Source: Candidatus Saccharimonadota bacterium
Lineage (GTDB): Bacteria; Pseudomonadota; Gammaproteobacteria; Enterobacterales; Enterobacteriaceae
Assembly: GCF_014857065.1 (NCBI RefSeq)
Contig: NZ_CP046533.1
Span: forward strand, 210,001-242,000
Length of the DNA stretch: 32,000 bases
Direction of reading: 5' to 3'
The notes beneath the pieces are model-generated. The model saw nothing but the letters and a program-made list of their open reading frames with translations, was not told the origin of the DNA and did not search any database. Below, piece after piece: positions 9,513 through 19,745 of the stretch. A program made the position numbers and the translations under genes. Within the stretch, counting starts at the first letter, position 1, and every line of letters begins with the position of its first letter.

Positions 9513-9803
9513 GATGAATCAAAATATCCTTTTAAAATACATATAAAATTATATGAACTTGGATTTCTGTATAAAATATTAATTGCAATCCTTTCTATCC
9601 AGTGATAAAACATAAATAAATACCTAAATAATGAAAATTTATATTCTATATATTTAAAAATTATATTAATTAGAGTGTTACACGTGTATATACGATGAAA
9701 ATTTTTCGCAACTTAGCTTAATGGTGCTATTAAATAAGATGGATTTAAATAATAGCCAATGTAAGAAAATGTTTATTCTTAACTATTTAAACCTAGACTC
9801 ATC

Positions 9804-10541
9804 ATGTACAATGACATAAAAAATAATATCTGGCACGTAAAACAGGAAATTAATACCATCCAGAAACAACATAACAAGCTTCAAAAAAAAATCTCATTTG
9901 TTGCTGTTAGTAAAAATCAATCAATTGACACGATTAACAATGTTTTATCAACAGGTCAAAGAGAATTCGGAGAAAACTATGTACAAGAAAGTATAAAAAA
10001 AATACTTTGGTTTAAAAATAACAAAAAAATATACCCGAAACCTATTTGGCACTTTATCGGTCATATACAATCAAATAAAATAAAATTAATTGCAGAATAT
10101 TTTGATTGGTGTCATACCATAACTAATAAAAATACAGCTTTTTATCTAAATAAACTAAGAAAAGAAGATGCTGCACCACTAAATATACTTATACAAATCA
10201 ATATTAATCAAGCAAAAAACAAATCAGGTATCTATCCTGATGAATTAGTTAATTTATCTGAAAAAATTCTAATATATTCAAGATTGAAGCTGCGAGGATT
10301 AATGGCTATTCCAACGAGAGAAAGCGATTATTATAAACAACTTAAAGTATTTTTAAATATGAATAAATTATTTAAACAGTTGCAGAATATTTATCCTTCA
10401 ATAGATACCTTATCTATAGGTATGTCTAACGATATGACTGCTGCTATAGCGGCAGGTGGTAACTTATTAAGAATAGGAACTGCAATTTTTGGTAATCGAA
10501 CAAAAAATAAAAACCTAAAGATTCTAAATAATGGTATATAA
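9804..10541 (+). CDS. yggS: PLP-homeostasis protein YggS (alanine racemase N-terminal fold)
   Basis: 245 aa with an ATG start. VAVSKNQS (PLP lysine context), FGENYVQE, WHFIGHIQSNK and LSIGMSNDMTAAIAAG are YggS family motifs. Confidence 0.92.
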   Translation: MYNDIKNNIWHVKQEINTIQKQHNKLQKKISFVAVSKNQSIDTINNVLSTGQREFGENYVQESIKKILWFKNNKKIYPKPIWHFIGHIQSNKIKLIAEYFDWCHTITNKNTAFYLNKLRKEDAAPLNILIQININQAKNKSGIYPDELVNLSEKILIYSRLKLRGLMAIPTRESDYYKQLKVFLNMNKLFKQLQNIYPSIDTLSIGMSNDMTAAIAAGGNLLRIGTAIFGNRTKNKNLKILNNGI

Positions 10542-10734
10542 ATAAAACCTATTTCTTAAATAATTTTTATTTTCAGATTTAAATATAAAAAATATTGATT
10601 AATGATCTCAAATAGATATTAATAGCACAAGATGTTAAGATAACATTTATATATAATTGAATATTTTAATAATCTTCGTAATATAACAATATTCTAAAAA
10701 TAATAAAAATCACTTTACTAAAATTATATTAACA

Positions 10735-10971
10735 ATGAAGAGAATAATTTACTGCACTTTTTTAAAACGAAAAGCTGAAGGGTTAAAAATTAAATTATAT
10801 CCTGGGAAAATTGGCGAAGAAATCTACCAAAAAATTTCACAAGAAGCATGGAATAAATGGCAAACAAAACAAACTATCATAATAAATGAAAAAAAACTCG
10901 ATATGAGTAACCCGGCTCATCGTAACTTTCTAGAAAGCGAAATGATCAATTTTTTATTCTATTCCAAATAA
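10735..10971 (+). CDS. yggX: Fe(2+)-trafficking protein YggX
   Basis: 78 aa. [31 protein letters not shown] and [26 protein letters not shown] match E. coli YggX ([57 protein letters not shown]). Confidence 0.92.
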   Translation: MKRIIYCTFLKRKAEGLKIKLYPGKIGEEIYQKISQEAWNKWQTKQTIIINEKKLDMSNPAHRNFLESEMINFLFYSK

Positions 10972-10991
10972 AATTGTGAATAAAACTTAAT

Positions 10992-12251
10992 TTAAGAATT
11001 GCTAATCAATATTGGCTTTGATTTACCAAATACAACGTTTTCATCAATTATAACCTTTACTATATTGTTTTGTGAAGGTAGTTCATACATGGTATCTAAT
11101 AAAATATCTTCAACAATAGAACGGAGACCTCTTGCTCCAGTTTCAAGTAACAAAGTTTTTTTTGCAATAGCAATTAAAGAGTCATCACGAAACTCCAACT
11201 CTACACCATCTAAATTAAACAAAATTTTGTATTGTTTTATCAAAGCATTTTTAGGTTCGTACAAAATTTTTACTAAAGTTGCCTCTTCTAATTCATGTAA
11301 TATTGTAAAAATTGGTAAACGACCAACAAATTCAGGAATTAAGCCAAATTTAATTAAATCCTTCGGCTGTACTTGCGATAATAATTCAAATCTAGAAACA
11401 AATTTTATAGTATTATTTTGAAAACTAGTACCAAAACCGATACCTCTACTATTAACATTACGTCGTTCTATAATTTTACTTAAGCCAAAAAAAGTTCCCC
11501 CACAAATAAAAAGAATTTTAGAGGTATCAATATATAAAAACTCTTGTTGTGGATGTTTACGTCCTCCCTTAGGCGGGACTGCAGCAATAGTGCCCTCAAT
11601 TATCTTTAAAAGAGCTTGTTGAACTCCTTCTCCAGAAACATCACGAGTGATAGATAGATTAGCCGATTTTTTAGATATTTTATCTATTTCGTCTATATAC
11701 ACAATCCCCTGTTGTGCTTTACAAACATCATAATTACATGTTTGTAATAATTTTTGAATAACATTTTCTACATCTTCTCCAACATAACCGGCTTCAGTCA
11801 AAGTAGTTGCATCTGCTATGGCAAAAGGTACATTAAGAAATTTTGCCAAAGTTTCTGCTAATAAAGTTTTACCACTACCTGTAGGTCCAATTAATAATAT
11901 ATTAGTTTTACCTAAATCTACATTACTATCATTACGAAATTTATCATAATAACGCAAACGTTTATAATGATTATATACCGCTACTGCAAGGACTTTTTTT
12001 GCTTTATCTTGAGCAACAACATAATTATTTAGATAATTATAAATTTCGCAAGGTGTGGGCAGTATATCTAATTCACGATGTATCTTAAATTCTTGATCAT
12101 CTTTACTTAAAAGATCATTACACAAAAATACACATTCATTACAGATATAAACTGAAGGACCAATAATAATTTTACCAACCTTATTCTGTTCTTTTTTACA
12201 AAAAGAACAGAATAAGGATCTATTTGAATCATTTTTATAATTTTCTATCAT
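10992..12251 (-). CDS. clpX: ATP-dependent Clp protease ATP-binding subunit ClpX
   Basis: 419 aa with an ATG start. It has the zinc-binding N-domain CSFC..CNEC, Walker A GPTGSGKT, Walker [10 protein letters not shown] and pore loop GYVGEDV. Confidence 0.97.
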   Translation of the reverse strand: MIENYKNDSNRSLFCSFCKKEQNKVGKIIIGPSVYICNECVFLCNDLLSKDDQEFKIHRELDILPTPCEIYNYLNNYVVAQDKAKKVLAVAVYNHYKRLRYYDKFRNDSNVDLGKTNILLIGPTGSGKTLLAETLAKFLNVPFAIADATTLTEAGYVGEDVENVIQKLLQTCNYDVCKAQQGIVYIDEIDKISKKSANLSITRDVSGEGVQQALLKIIEGTIAAVPPKGGRKHPQQEFLYIDTSKILFICGGTFFGLSKIIERRNVNSRGIGFGTSFQNNTIKFVSRFELLSQVQPKDLIKFGLIPEFVGRLPIFTILHELEEATLVKILYEPKNALIKQYKILFNLDGVELEFRDDSLIAIAKKTLLLETGARGLRSIVEDILLDTMYELPSQNNIVKVIIDENVVFGKSKPILISNS

Positions 12252-12408
12252 TAAAACCCCTATAATACAAATGTACTAAACTAATAAATTACATCGGTTA
12301 AATAATTAAAATATAAAATTATAATATACAAAAATAGTTTAATATTTATATCACGAAAATGAGATAAAGTTCTAAAAAATTTAATAGTAATTTTAATAGA
12401 ATTTACTT

Positions 12409-13026
12409 TTAATATCTACGTTTTAAAATATAATCTACCAGACCATAAGTTACTGCTTCATCAGCAGAAAGAAAACAATCACGTTCTGTATCTTTGCTTA
12501 CAACATCAATAGATTGTCCTGTATGTTGAGCCATCAATTCATTCATACGTCGTTTAATTTTTAAGATTTCTCTTGTATGAATTTCAATGTCGCTAGCTTG
12601 ACCACATATTTTACCTAAAGGTTGATGAATTAAAACACGCGCATTGGGCAAACAAAATCTTTTGCCCTTAGTACCAGAAGCCAACAAAAAAGCACTCATT
12701 GAAGCAGCTTGACCCATACAAAATGTACTCACATCAGGTTTAACAAATTGCATCGTATCATAAATTGACATACCAGCAGTTATCGAACCACCTGGAGAAT
12801 TAATATATAAATAAATATCTTTATTTGGATTTTCAGATTCTAGGAACATAATTTGCGCAATTATTAAATTAGCCATGTAGTCTTCTATTGTTCCAGTCAT
12901 AAAAATAATACGCTCTTTCAATAACAACGAAAAAATATCATATGTTCTTTCGCCACGCACAGTCCGCTCCACTACCGTAGGTACTAAAAGCATACGATAA
13001 AAATCAAATTTTTCTTTACATAACAT
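12409..13026 (-). CDS. clpP: ATP-dependent Clp protease proteolytic subunit ClpP
   Basis: 205 aa with an ATG start. The catalytic Ser context [11 protein letters not shown] and His context VLIHQPLG are present. It lies directly upstream of clpX, as in E. coli. Confidence 0.96.
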   Translation of the reverse strand: MLCKEKFDFYRMLLVPTVVERTVRGERTYDIFSLLLKERIIFMTGTIEDYMANLIIAQIMFLESENPNKDIYLYINSPGGSITAGMSIYDTMQFVKPDVSTFCMGQAASMSAFLLASGTKGKRFCLPNARVLIHQPLGKICGQASDIEIHTREILKIKRRMNELMAQHTGQSIDVVSKDTERDCFLSADEAVTYGLVDYILKRRY

Positions 13027-13715
13027 GTTATCAGCCTAAATTATCAAAATTCTGAAAGTATTATAATATACAAAATAATTTATTTATTTCAATTTTTCAT
13101 GATTACATTAAAATAAAAACATAATTGGAATCAAATACGACTAAAATCTTAAACAATTAAAATTCACATTAAGTCATTTTAAATAAGATTAATTGAATCA
13201 TAATTTAAATTTAAAAACTCACAGAAATAAATAATATAAATAATATATATATTTACGTTAATAAAATAAGCAACCCTCTAATTCACATTTAAGAACACAT
13301 TCATTTGCCTTTGCAAAATTAAAATTAAGAAAATGAAACGCTTTTAAGATAAATAATTTAAACAATTAAAGAATATAATTTGGTCAATTAAACAGCTCAT
13401 GCATGGATATAAATAATAAAAGACTATATTAATTTAAACCACCCCAAATTTAAATAACTCAATATAAGATATAATACAACATATCTGTGCAACTCCTACT
13501 CGTTCATTTATTAAAATAAACGAAATCTAATCAAAACATAAATTACATTAACAATTGAAAGATACACTGAACCGATCCTAAAATAAAAACATAAATAACC
13601 CACGTGGATATCAAAATTATTTTATACATAACCTTAACATTATCAATAAAATAAGAGATACTAAGATTCCTACAAAAAACAATTAACAAAAAATAAACAA
13701 TCCTAAACTACTATA

Positions 13716-14570
13716 ATGAAATATTACAAATATGCAAAAAAAACAAAAATATTACTAACATATACTGTAGCAACGTTACTAAGTAGCTGTAATAATCTGG
13801 TACTAATGCATCCTAAAGGACAGATTGGAATAGAACAGCGAACATTAATATTAACTGCATTAGGAATGATGTTAATCATAATAATACCTGTTCTAATTAT
13901 GACCATCATTTTTTCTATTAAATATCGCGCATCAAATAAAGAAAAAAAATACAGCCCTGATTGGTCTCACTCTAAAAAAATAGAAATAATAATTTGGTCC
14001 CTGCCAATAACAATAGTTACTATCCTAAGCATAATCACCTGGCAATCAACTCATAAATTAGACCCTAACAATCCAATTGTATCTAATATAAAACCAATAA
14101 TTATTGAAGTCATTGCTCTTGATTGGAAATGGCTATTTATCTATCCAAATTACAAGATAGCAATAGTAAATGAAATAGTTTTTCCGAAGAATACGCCAAT
14201 TGAATTTAGAATTACTTCTAATTCCGTAATGAATTCTTTTTTTATCCCTCAATTAGGTGGACAAATTTACGCTATGGCAGGTATGAAATCTACTCTCAAT
14301 CTGATTGCTAATACGCAAGGAATATATAAAGGTATTTCCTCTAATTTTAGTGGAAGAGGGTTCTCCAATATGAAATTTAATGTTATAACAACTAATAATC
14401 AAGAAGAATTTCACACGTGGATAAAAAAGGTTAAAACATCAAGTAAACAAATTGAAACAATTTTTGATTATGAAAATTTAGCCATACCAAGCGAAAACTA
14501 TCCAGTCACATACTTTTCTAATGTGAAAAACGGCCTATTTTATGATATTATAAATAAATTCATGCAATAA
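13716..14570 (+). CDS. cyoA: cytochrome bo3 ubiquinol oxidase subunit II
   Basis: 284 aa with lipobox LLSSC followed by PKGQIGIEQRTLIL (E. coli [25 protein letters not shown]). NSVMNSFFIPQLGGQIYAMAGM is conserved. The acidic/His C-terminal tail of E. coli CyoA is absent. Confidence 0.95.
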   Translation: MKYYKYAKKTKILLTYTVATLLSSCNNLVLMHPKGQIGIEQRTLILTALGMMLIIIIPVLIMTIIFSIKYRASNKEKKYSPDWSHSKKIEIIIWSLPITIVTILSIITWQSTHKLDPNNPIVSNIKPIIIEVIALDWKWLFIYPNYKIAIVNEIVFPKNTPIEFRITSNSVMNSFFIPQLGGQIYAMAGMKSTLNLIANTQGIYKGISSNFSGRGFSNMKFNVITTNNQEEFHTWIKKVKTSSKQIETIFDYENLAIPSENYPVTYFSNVKNGLFYDIINKFMQ

Positions 14571-14651
14571 AACTTAAAAGCGGCAATATACATGTTAATC
14601 AATATTGTATCATATAATCATCAGTAATAAAATAATTGCAGGTATAGATAA

Positions 14652-16631
14652 ATGTTTGGCAGACTAACAATTGATGCTATTCCGTATAAAGAACCAATAA
14701 CAATGACTACTATTATTGCCTTAATCCTAATCGCACTGATGGTAATAGTTATGATAACTCGCCATAAAAAATGGCAATACCTATGGAAAGAGTGGTTAAC
14801 CTCTGTAGATCATAAAAAAATAGGTATTATGTATATCATCATATCAATTCTAATGTTATTACGTGGATTAGCTGATGCAATTATGATGCGTATGCATCAA
14901 ACATTAGTATCTGGAGGAGAAATAGGATTTTTAACTCCATACCACTATGACCAAATCGTCACTGCCCATGGCGTCATCATGATAATATTTATGGCAACAC
15001 CATTTATTATTGGACTAATGAATTTGATTGTACCACTACAAATAGGTTCAAGAGATATGGCATTTCCCTTTTTAAACTCTCTAAGTTTCTGGTTATTCAT
15101 GGTGGGAGTAATTCTTATAAATCTTTCTTTAGGGATTGGAGAATTTGCTCAAACAGGATGGGCCGCTTATCCACCTCTATCAAATAAAATATATAGCCCA
15201 GGAGTTGGAGTGGATTATTGGATATGGAGTATTCAAATTTCTGGCATAGGCACTACCTTAACAGGTGTGAATTTCTTAACTACTATTTTGCGCATGCGTG
15301 CTCCAGGAATGCCAATGATGAAAATGCCAGTTTTTACTTGGACAACATTATGTACAAATATACTAATTTTATCTGCATTTCCTATTTTAACCGTAACAAT
15401 TACTCTTCTAACTCTAGATCGTTATTTAGGAACTCATTTTTTTACTAACGATTTAGGTGGAAACGTAATGATGTATATTAGTTTATTTTGGGCTTGGGGA
15501 CATCCTGAAGTATATATTCTCATTCTACCTGCATTCGGAATCTTTTCTGAAATTGTCACTACTTTTTCACAAAAAAGATTATTTGGTTACAATTCGTTAA
15601 TATGGGCTACTATAGCTATTACTATCATGTCCTTTTGTGTATGGTTACATCATTTTTTTACAATGGGATCAGGCGCTAATGTTAATGCTTTTTTTGGAAT
15701 AACAACAATGATAATTGCCATTCCAACAGGAGTAAAAATTTTTAATTGGATATTCACTATGTATCAAAGTCGAATTATATTACATTCAGCTATGTTATGG
15801 ACAATTGGATTTATCATTACTTTTTCTATTGGAGGTATGACAGGAGTGTTATTAGCAATTCCAGGAATAGATTTTTTACTACACAACAGTCTGTTTTTGA
15901 TTGCTCATTTTCATAATGTCATTATTGGCGGAGTCTTATTTGGCTGTTTTGCTGCAATGACCTATTGGTTTCCAAAAGCATTTGGTTTTACTTTAGATGA
16001 AAAATGGGGAAAGAGAGCTTTTTGGCTATGGATAATTGGATTCTATATAGCATTTATGCCATTATACATCCTTGGATTTATGGGTATGACACGTCGTTTA
16101 AACCAACAAATAGATTCAATATTTCACATACCATTAAAAATTGCTCTATTGGGTGTATCTATAATTTTACTTGGTATTTTATGCCAAATTATTCAATTTT
16201 TAGTAAGCATCAAGAACCGAAATAAGAACCGTGATCTTACAGGAGATCCATGGAATGGTCGTACCTTAGAATGGTCTACATCTTCACCCCCACCATTTTA
16301 TAATTTTGCGATAATACCTGAAATAAATAATCATCTCGATGTATTTTGGTATATGAAAAAAAATCGTATATCATACGACAAAACAAAAAAATATCAAACT
16401 ATTCATATTCCCAAGAACACTAGTGCAGGTATCATTATTTCTATATGTATTTTAATATTTAGTTTTGCTATGATTTGGTATATCTGGTGGTTAGCTACCA
16501 TTAGCCTAATATCTACTGTTGTAGCATGGATAACACGTACTTTTAATGAAAATATAGAAATTCAGATTCCAGTTAAAATAATTAAACATATAGAAAAAAC
16601 TAAAGACGATTTAAATAAAATTAAAACGTAG
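14652..16631 (+). CDS. cyoB: cytochrome bo3 ubiquinol oxidase subunit I
   Basis: 659 aa. Heme-copper oxidase subunit I motifs are present ([41 protein letters not shown]), with multiple TM segments. Confidence 0.97.
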   Translation: MFGRLTIDAIPYKEPITMTTIIALILIALMVIVMITRHKKWQYLWKEWLTSVDHKKIGIMYIIISILMLLRGLADAIMMRMHQTLVSGGEIGFLTPYHYDQIVTAHGVIMIIFMATPFIIGLMNLIVPLQIGSRDMAFPFLNSLSFWLFMVGVILINLSLGIGEFAQTGWAAYPPLSNKIYSPGVGVDYWIWSIQISGIGTTLTGVNFLTTILRMRAPGMPMMKMPVFTWTTLCTNILILSAFPILTVTITLLTLDRYLGTHFFTNDLGGNVMMYISLFWAWGHPEVYILILPAFGIFSEIVTTFSQKRLFGYNSLIWATIAITIMSFCVWLHHFFTMGSGANVNAFFGITTMIIAIPTGVKIFNWIFTMYQSRIILHSAMLWTIGFIITFSIGGMTGVLLAIPGIDFLLHNSLFLIAHFHNVIIGGVLFGCFAAMTYWFPKAFGFTLDEKWGKRAFWLWIIGFYIAFMPLYILGFMGMTRRLNQQIDSIFHIPLKIALLGVSIILLGILCQIIQFLVSIKNRNKNRDLTGDPWNGRTLEWSTSSPPPFYNFAIIPEINNHLDVFWYMKKNRISYDKTKKYQTIHIPKNTSAGIIISICILIFSFAMIWYIWWLATISLISTVVAWITRTFNENIEIQIPVKIIKHIEKTKDDLNKIKT

Positions 16632-16640
16632 CCTATTCGC

Positions 16641-17246
16641 ATGATATCTAATTTAAAACTTAATAAAATTACTAACATAAATGACAAAAAGATAGAAGAT
16701 ATAAAAATATTTGGTTTTTGGATATACTTAATGAGCGATTGTATTTTATTCGCCGCTTTATTTGCAAGTTATGTAGTATTGAAAAACAATATAATAAACG
16801 GACCATTAAGTGAAGATATCTTTAAACTACCATTAGTATTTGCCGAGACGTATTGTTTATTGTTTAGCAGTCTAACATATGATATTGCTATTTTAAATAT
16901 GAATAACAATAAAACAAAAAAAACTATCTTTTGGTTAAATGTTACTTTTTTATTTGGTTTTAGTTTTATATTAATGGAATATTATGAGTTTAATCATCTA
17001 ATCAATGAAGGATATGGTCCATGGCGTAATGCATTTTTTTCTGGATTTTTTGCCTTAATAGGCACTCATGGATTACATGTTATTTCTGGACTTATTTGGA
17101 TTATCGTAATGATACTACATATTTTATATAGAGGTCTAAATTATACTAACAGAATACGACTGGAGTGCTTAAGTCTATTTTGGCATTTTCTTGATATAAT
17201 ATGGATCTTAATATTTACTGCAGTGTATTTAATAGGATTAATATAA
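16641..17246 (+). CDS. cyoC: cytochrome bo3 ubiquinol oxidase subunit III
   Basis: 201 aa. [29 protein letters not shown] and [10 protein letters not shown] are typical of CyoC. It sits third in the operon. Confidence 0.95.
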   Translation: MISNLKLNKITNINDKKIEDIKIFGFWIYLMSDCILFAALFASYVVLKNNIINGPLSEDIFKLPLVFAETYCLLFSSLTYDIAILNMNNNKTKKTIFWLNVTFLFGFSFILMEYYEFNHLINEGYGPWRNAFFSGFFALIGTHGLHVISGLIWIIVMILHILYRGLNYTNRIRLECLSLFWHFLDIIWILIFTAVYLIGLI

Positions 17247-17248
17247 TA

Positions 17249-17551
17249 ATGAATCATGTTAAACACCAATCTTATCTAATTGGGTTTATTTTTTCCCTTA
17301 TTCTCACAACTATTCCCTTCCTTATAGCGACATTTTTAAACTATAATAGAAGTATATCAATCGCCCTATTAATACTTTGTGCAATAATACAAATTACCAT
17401 TCATCTCATTTGTTTTCTTCATTTAAATAAACCAAAAAAACAAAAATGGAACTTTATTTCATTAATTTTTACGATATTAATAACAACAATATTAATCACA
17501 GGTTCTTTATGGATTATGAACCATTTAAGTCATAATTTAATGCACCATTAA
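17249..17551 (+). CDS. cyoD: cytochrome bo3 ubiquinol oxidase subunit IV
   Basis: ATG 17249 lies 2 nt after the cyoC stop and gives 100 aa with three TM helices (E. coli CyoD is 109 aa). The ORF-track start at 17201 would overlap cyoC by 46 nt and is unsupported. Confidence 0.9.
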   Translation: MNHVKHQSYLIGFIFSLILTTIPFLIATFLNYNRSISIALLILCAIIQITIHLICFLHLNKPKKQKWNFISLIFTILITTILITGSLWIMNHLSHNLMHH

Positions 17552-17555
17552 AATC

Positions 17556-18437
17556 ATGATAATTAAACAATATATACAAATAACGAAACCAAAAATTATT
17601 TTCGGTAACCTAACTTCAGTAATTAGTGGATTTTTCTTAGCTTCACAAAAAGAAATTGATTATCTATCATTGACCATATTACTAATCTCTATAGCGATAA
17701 TAATTGCATCTAGTTGTATATTAAATAATCTCATAGACAAAGATATCGATAAAAACATGTATCGCACAAAAAATAGGACCCTAATTACTGGAAATATTAC
17801 AAACAAAAAATGTTTGATTTATGCTACAATGTTAGGCGTATTAGGTTTTAGCTTATTATCTAATACTATAAATACTTTAACTGTAAACCTCACAATTTTA
17901 GGATACGTGGTATACGTTGTAATATATTCAATGTATTTAAAACGTACGTCAGCTTACAGCACTATTATAGGAAGTATCTCAGGTGCAACACCACCAGTCA
18001 TCGGTTACTGTGCAAATAGCAATAACTTCGATTCTTCTGCCTTGATACTATGGATAATATTCAGCGTATGGCAAATACCTCATTTTTACTCTCTAGCTCT
18101 TTTATATATAGAAGACTATCAAACTGTTTCCATCCCAGTATTTCCAATAAAAAATAGTATTCTGCTTACTAAAAAACACATTATTTTTTATATTATAATT
18201 TTTATCATTACGACCTTACTACTTACTTTAACAAATCATATTAATTATACATTTTCGACTATCATTGAACTAATGAACAGTTATTGGTTACTTATATCCT
18301 TAAAAGGATATAATATTAAGGATATTAAGAATAATAAAATTTGGGCTAAAAAAATGTTTCTACTTTCGATTTTTGCCATCATAATTTTTAATCTTGTAAT
18401 ACCCATTGATCGTATTACACAACTGAACGTAAAATAA
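17556..18437 (+). CDS. cyoE: protoheme IX farnesyltransferase (heme O synthase)
   Basis: 293 aa. MIIKQYIQITKPKIIFGNL, NNLIDKDIDKNMYRTKNR (Asp-rich prenyl-diphosphate motif) and GATPPVIGYCA match E. coli CyoE. Confidence 0.95.
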   Translation: MIIKQYIQITKPKIIFGNLTSVISGFFLASQKEIDYLSLTILLISIAIIIASSCILNNLIDKDIDKNMYRTKNRTLITGNITNKKCLIYATMLGVLGFSLLSNTINTLTVNLTILGYVVYVVIYSMYLKRTSAYSTIIGSISGATPPVIGYCANSNNFDSSALILWIIFSVWQIPHFYSLALLYIEDYQTVSIPVFPIKNSILLTKKHIIFYIIIFIITTLLLTLTNHINYTFSTIIELMNSYWLLISLKGYNIKDIKNNKIWAKKMFLLSIFAIIIFNLVIPIDRITQLNVK

Positions 18438-18481
18438 CATTTTGCTTTCATAAAATTAATTCATTATAAAAATTAATAAAA

Positions 18482-19720
18482 ATGAAATTTCATCAAATAA
18501 GCATTATAGAAATAAAATCAATTTTAGGATTAAGTTTGATCTTCTCGTTGCGTATATTTGGTATATTCATAATCTTACCAACACTAAGTACATTCGGCAT
18601 GATGCTAAATGGAGCAAACGAATTTCTGATTGGATTAGCAATTGGTATTTACGGAGTAACACAAGCAATATTTCAAATTCCTTGGGGAATAGCATCTGAT
18701 AAAATAGGACGCAAACCAATTATTATAAGTAATCTAATAATATTTAGCGTCGGTAGTATTATTGCAGCAGCGACCAACAATATTTGGAATGTAATTATTG
18801 GTCGAGCAATACAGGGAATAGGTGGGGTTAGTTCTCCAGTCATGGCTTTATTATGCGACCTAACACAAAAGCAGAATCGTACTAAAGCAATGTCTTTTTT
18901 AGGCGCAATTATAGGTATTGTTTTTGCTATTTCTTTAATATTGGGACCCTATCTTGCGCATAAAATAGGGATAAACGGTCTATTCTGGATAGTTACTATA
19001 ATAGCACTGTTAAATATATTATTTACCTTATTTTTTATTTGCCATTTAGAGAAAAACTGTGGCGTGAACACTAATTCATACATTGTTACAAAAAACAGCA
19101 TTAAAAAAATTCTATATAATAAAGAACTGATAAAAATAAATGTAAATGCATTTTTTTTACATACTATATTAATATTAAATTTCATATCTCTACCCATTCA
19201 AATAATTTCTATGGGTATTCTTAATAAAAACCAATGGAAAATATACTTAATTATTATGATTATTTCTTTCATGGTAGTTATCCCATTTTTACTTCATATA
19301 GAAAAAAAACAACATACACAAAAAAATATATATATACTACTACTCATTACAATCATATTTTTTTCAGAAATACTTTTGCTTAATACTACGACACAAATAT
19401 ATAAATTACTATTTGGCATGCAGTTATTTTTCATAGGATTTAGTATAATGGAAGCAATTTTACCTTCAATGCTAAGTAAAATATCTCCCTGTGGATATCA
19501 AGGAACTAGTATGGGGATATATTCTACTATTCAGTTTCTTGGTATGGCCTGTGGAAGTTTATCAGGAGGTTATCTATTGGTAACATTACAAAATAACCAA
19601 TTAATATTTTTGGCAGGAAGTATTTTATCTATATTATGGCTATTAATTATCTTGTTAATAAATCAAAAAACATATAAGAAACAACCAAAAGAAAACAATC
19701 AAATATCACAACCTTCATAA
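18482..19720 (+). CDS. yajR: MFS transporter, YajR family, lacking the C-terminal cytoplasmic domain
   Basis: 412 aa. FSLRIFGIFIILPTLSTFGM, GIASDKIGRKP (MFS motif A) and LLCDLTQKQNRTKAMSF match E. coli YajR. It sits next to cyoE, as in E. coli. The protein ends about 25 aa after the last TM helix. Confidence 0.9.
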   Translation: MKFHQISIIEIKSILGLSLIFSLRIFGIFIILPTLSTFGMMLNGANEFLIGLAIGIYGVTQAIFQIPWGIASDKIGRKPIIISNLIIFSVGSIIAAATNNIWNVIIGRAIQGIGGVSSPVMALLCDLTQKQNRTKAMSFLGAIIGIVFAISLILGPYLAHKIGINGLFWIVTIIALLNILFTLFFICHLEKNCGVNTNSYIVTKNSIKKILYNKELIKINVNAFFLHTILILNFISLPIQIISMGILNKNQWKIYLIIMIISFMVVIPFLLHIEKKQHTQKNIYILLLITIIFFSEILLLNTTTQIYKLLFGMQLFFIGFSIMEAILPSMLSKISPCGYQGTSMGIYSTIQFLGMACGSLSGGYLLVTLQNNQLIFLAGSILSILWLLIILLINQKTYKKQPKENNQISQPS

Positions 19721-19745
19721 ACATGCTTATTAATTTATTTTAATA

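Noticed and set aside
9679-9688. 10-bp palindrome TACACGTGTA upstream of yggS; the CACGTG core also occurs at 13603-13608.
   Set aside because: It is short and expected by chance. No known regulator in this gene set can be linked to it.
9700-9745. CGCAACTTAGCTTAATGGTGCTATT resembles a tRNA acceptor and D-arm (TAGCTTAATGGT).
   Set aside because: No matching anticodon arm, T-arm (GTTCRANYC) or complementary acceptor 3' strand follows, so it is not a tRNA. At most it is an unrecognisable relic.
13027-13110. A heat-shock (sigma-32) promoter upstream of clpP, as in E. coli.
   Set aside because: I found no CTTGAAA...CCCCATnT-like pair on the minus strand. Only generic AT-rich sigma-70-like hexamers are present, and these are not discriminating at this base composition.
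15218-15448. Alternate-frame + strand ORFs inside cyoB (15218-15448 and 16004-16225).
   Set aside because: They are same-strand out-of-frame ORFs within a highly conserved heme-copper oxidase gene, with no start context or homology signal.
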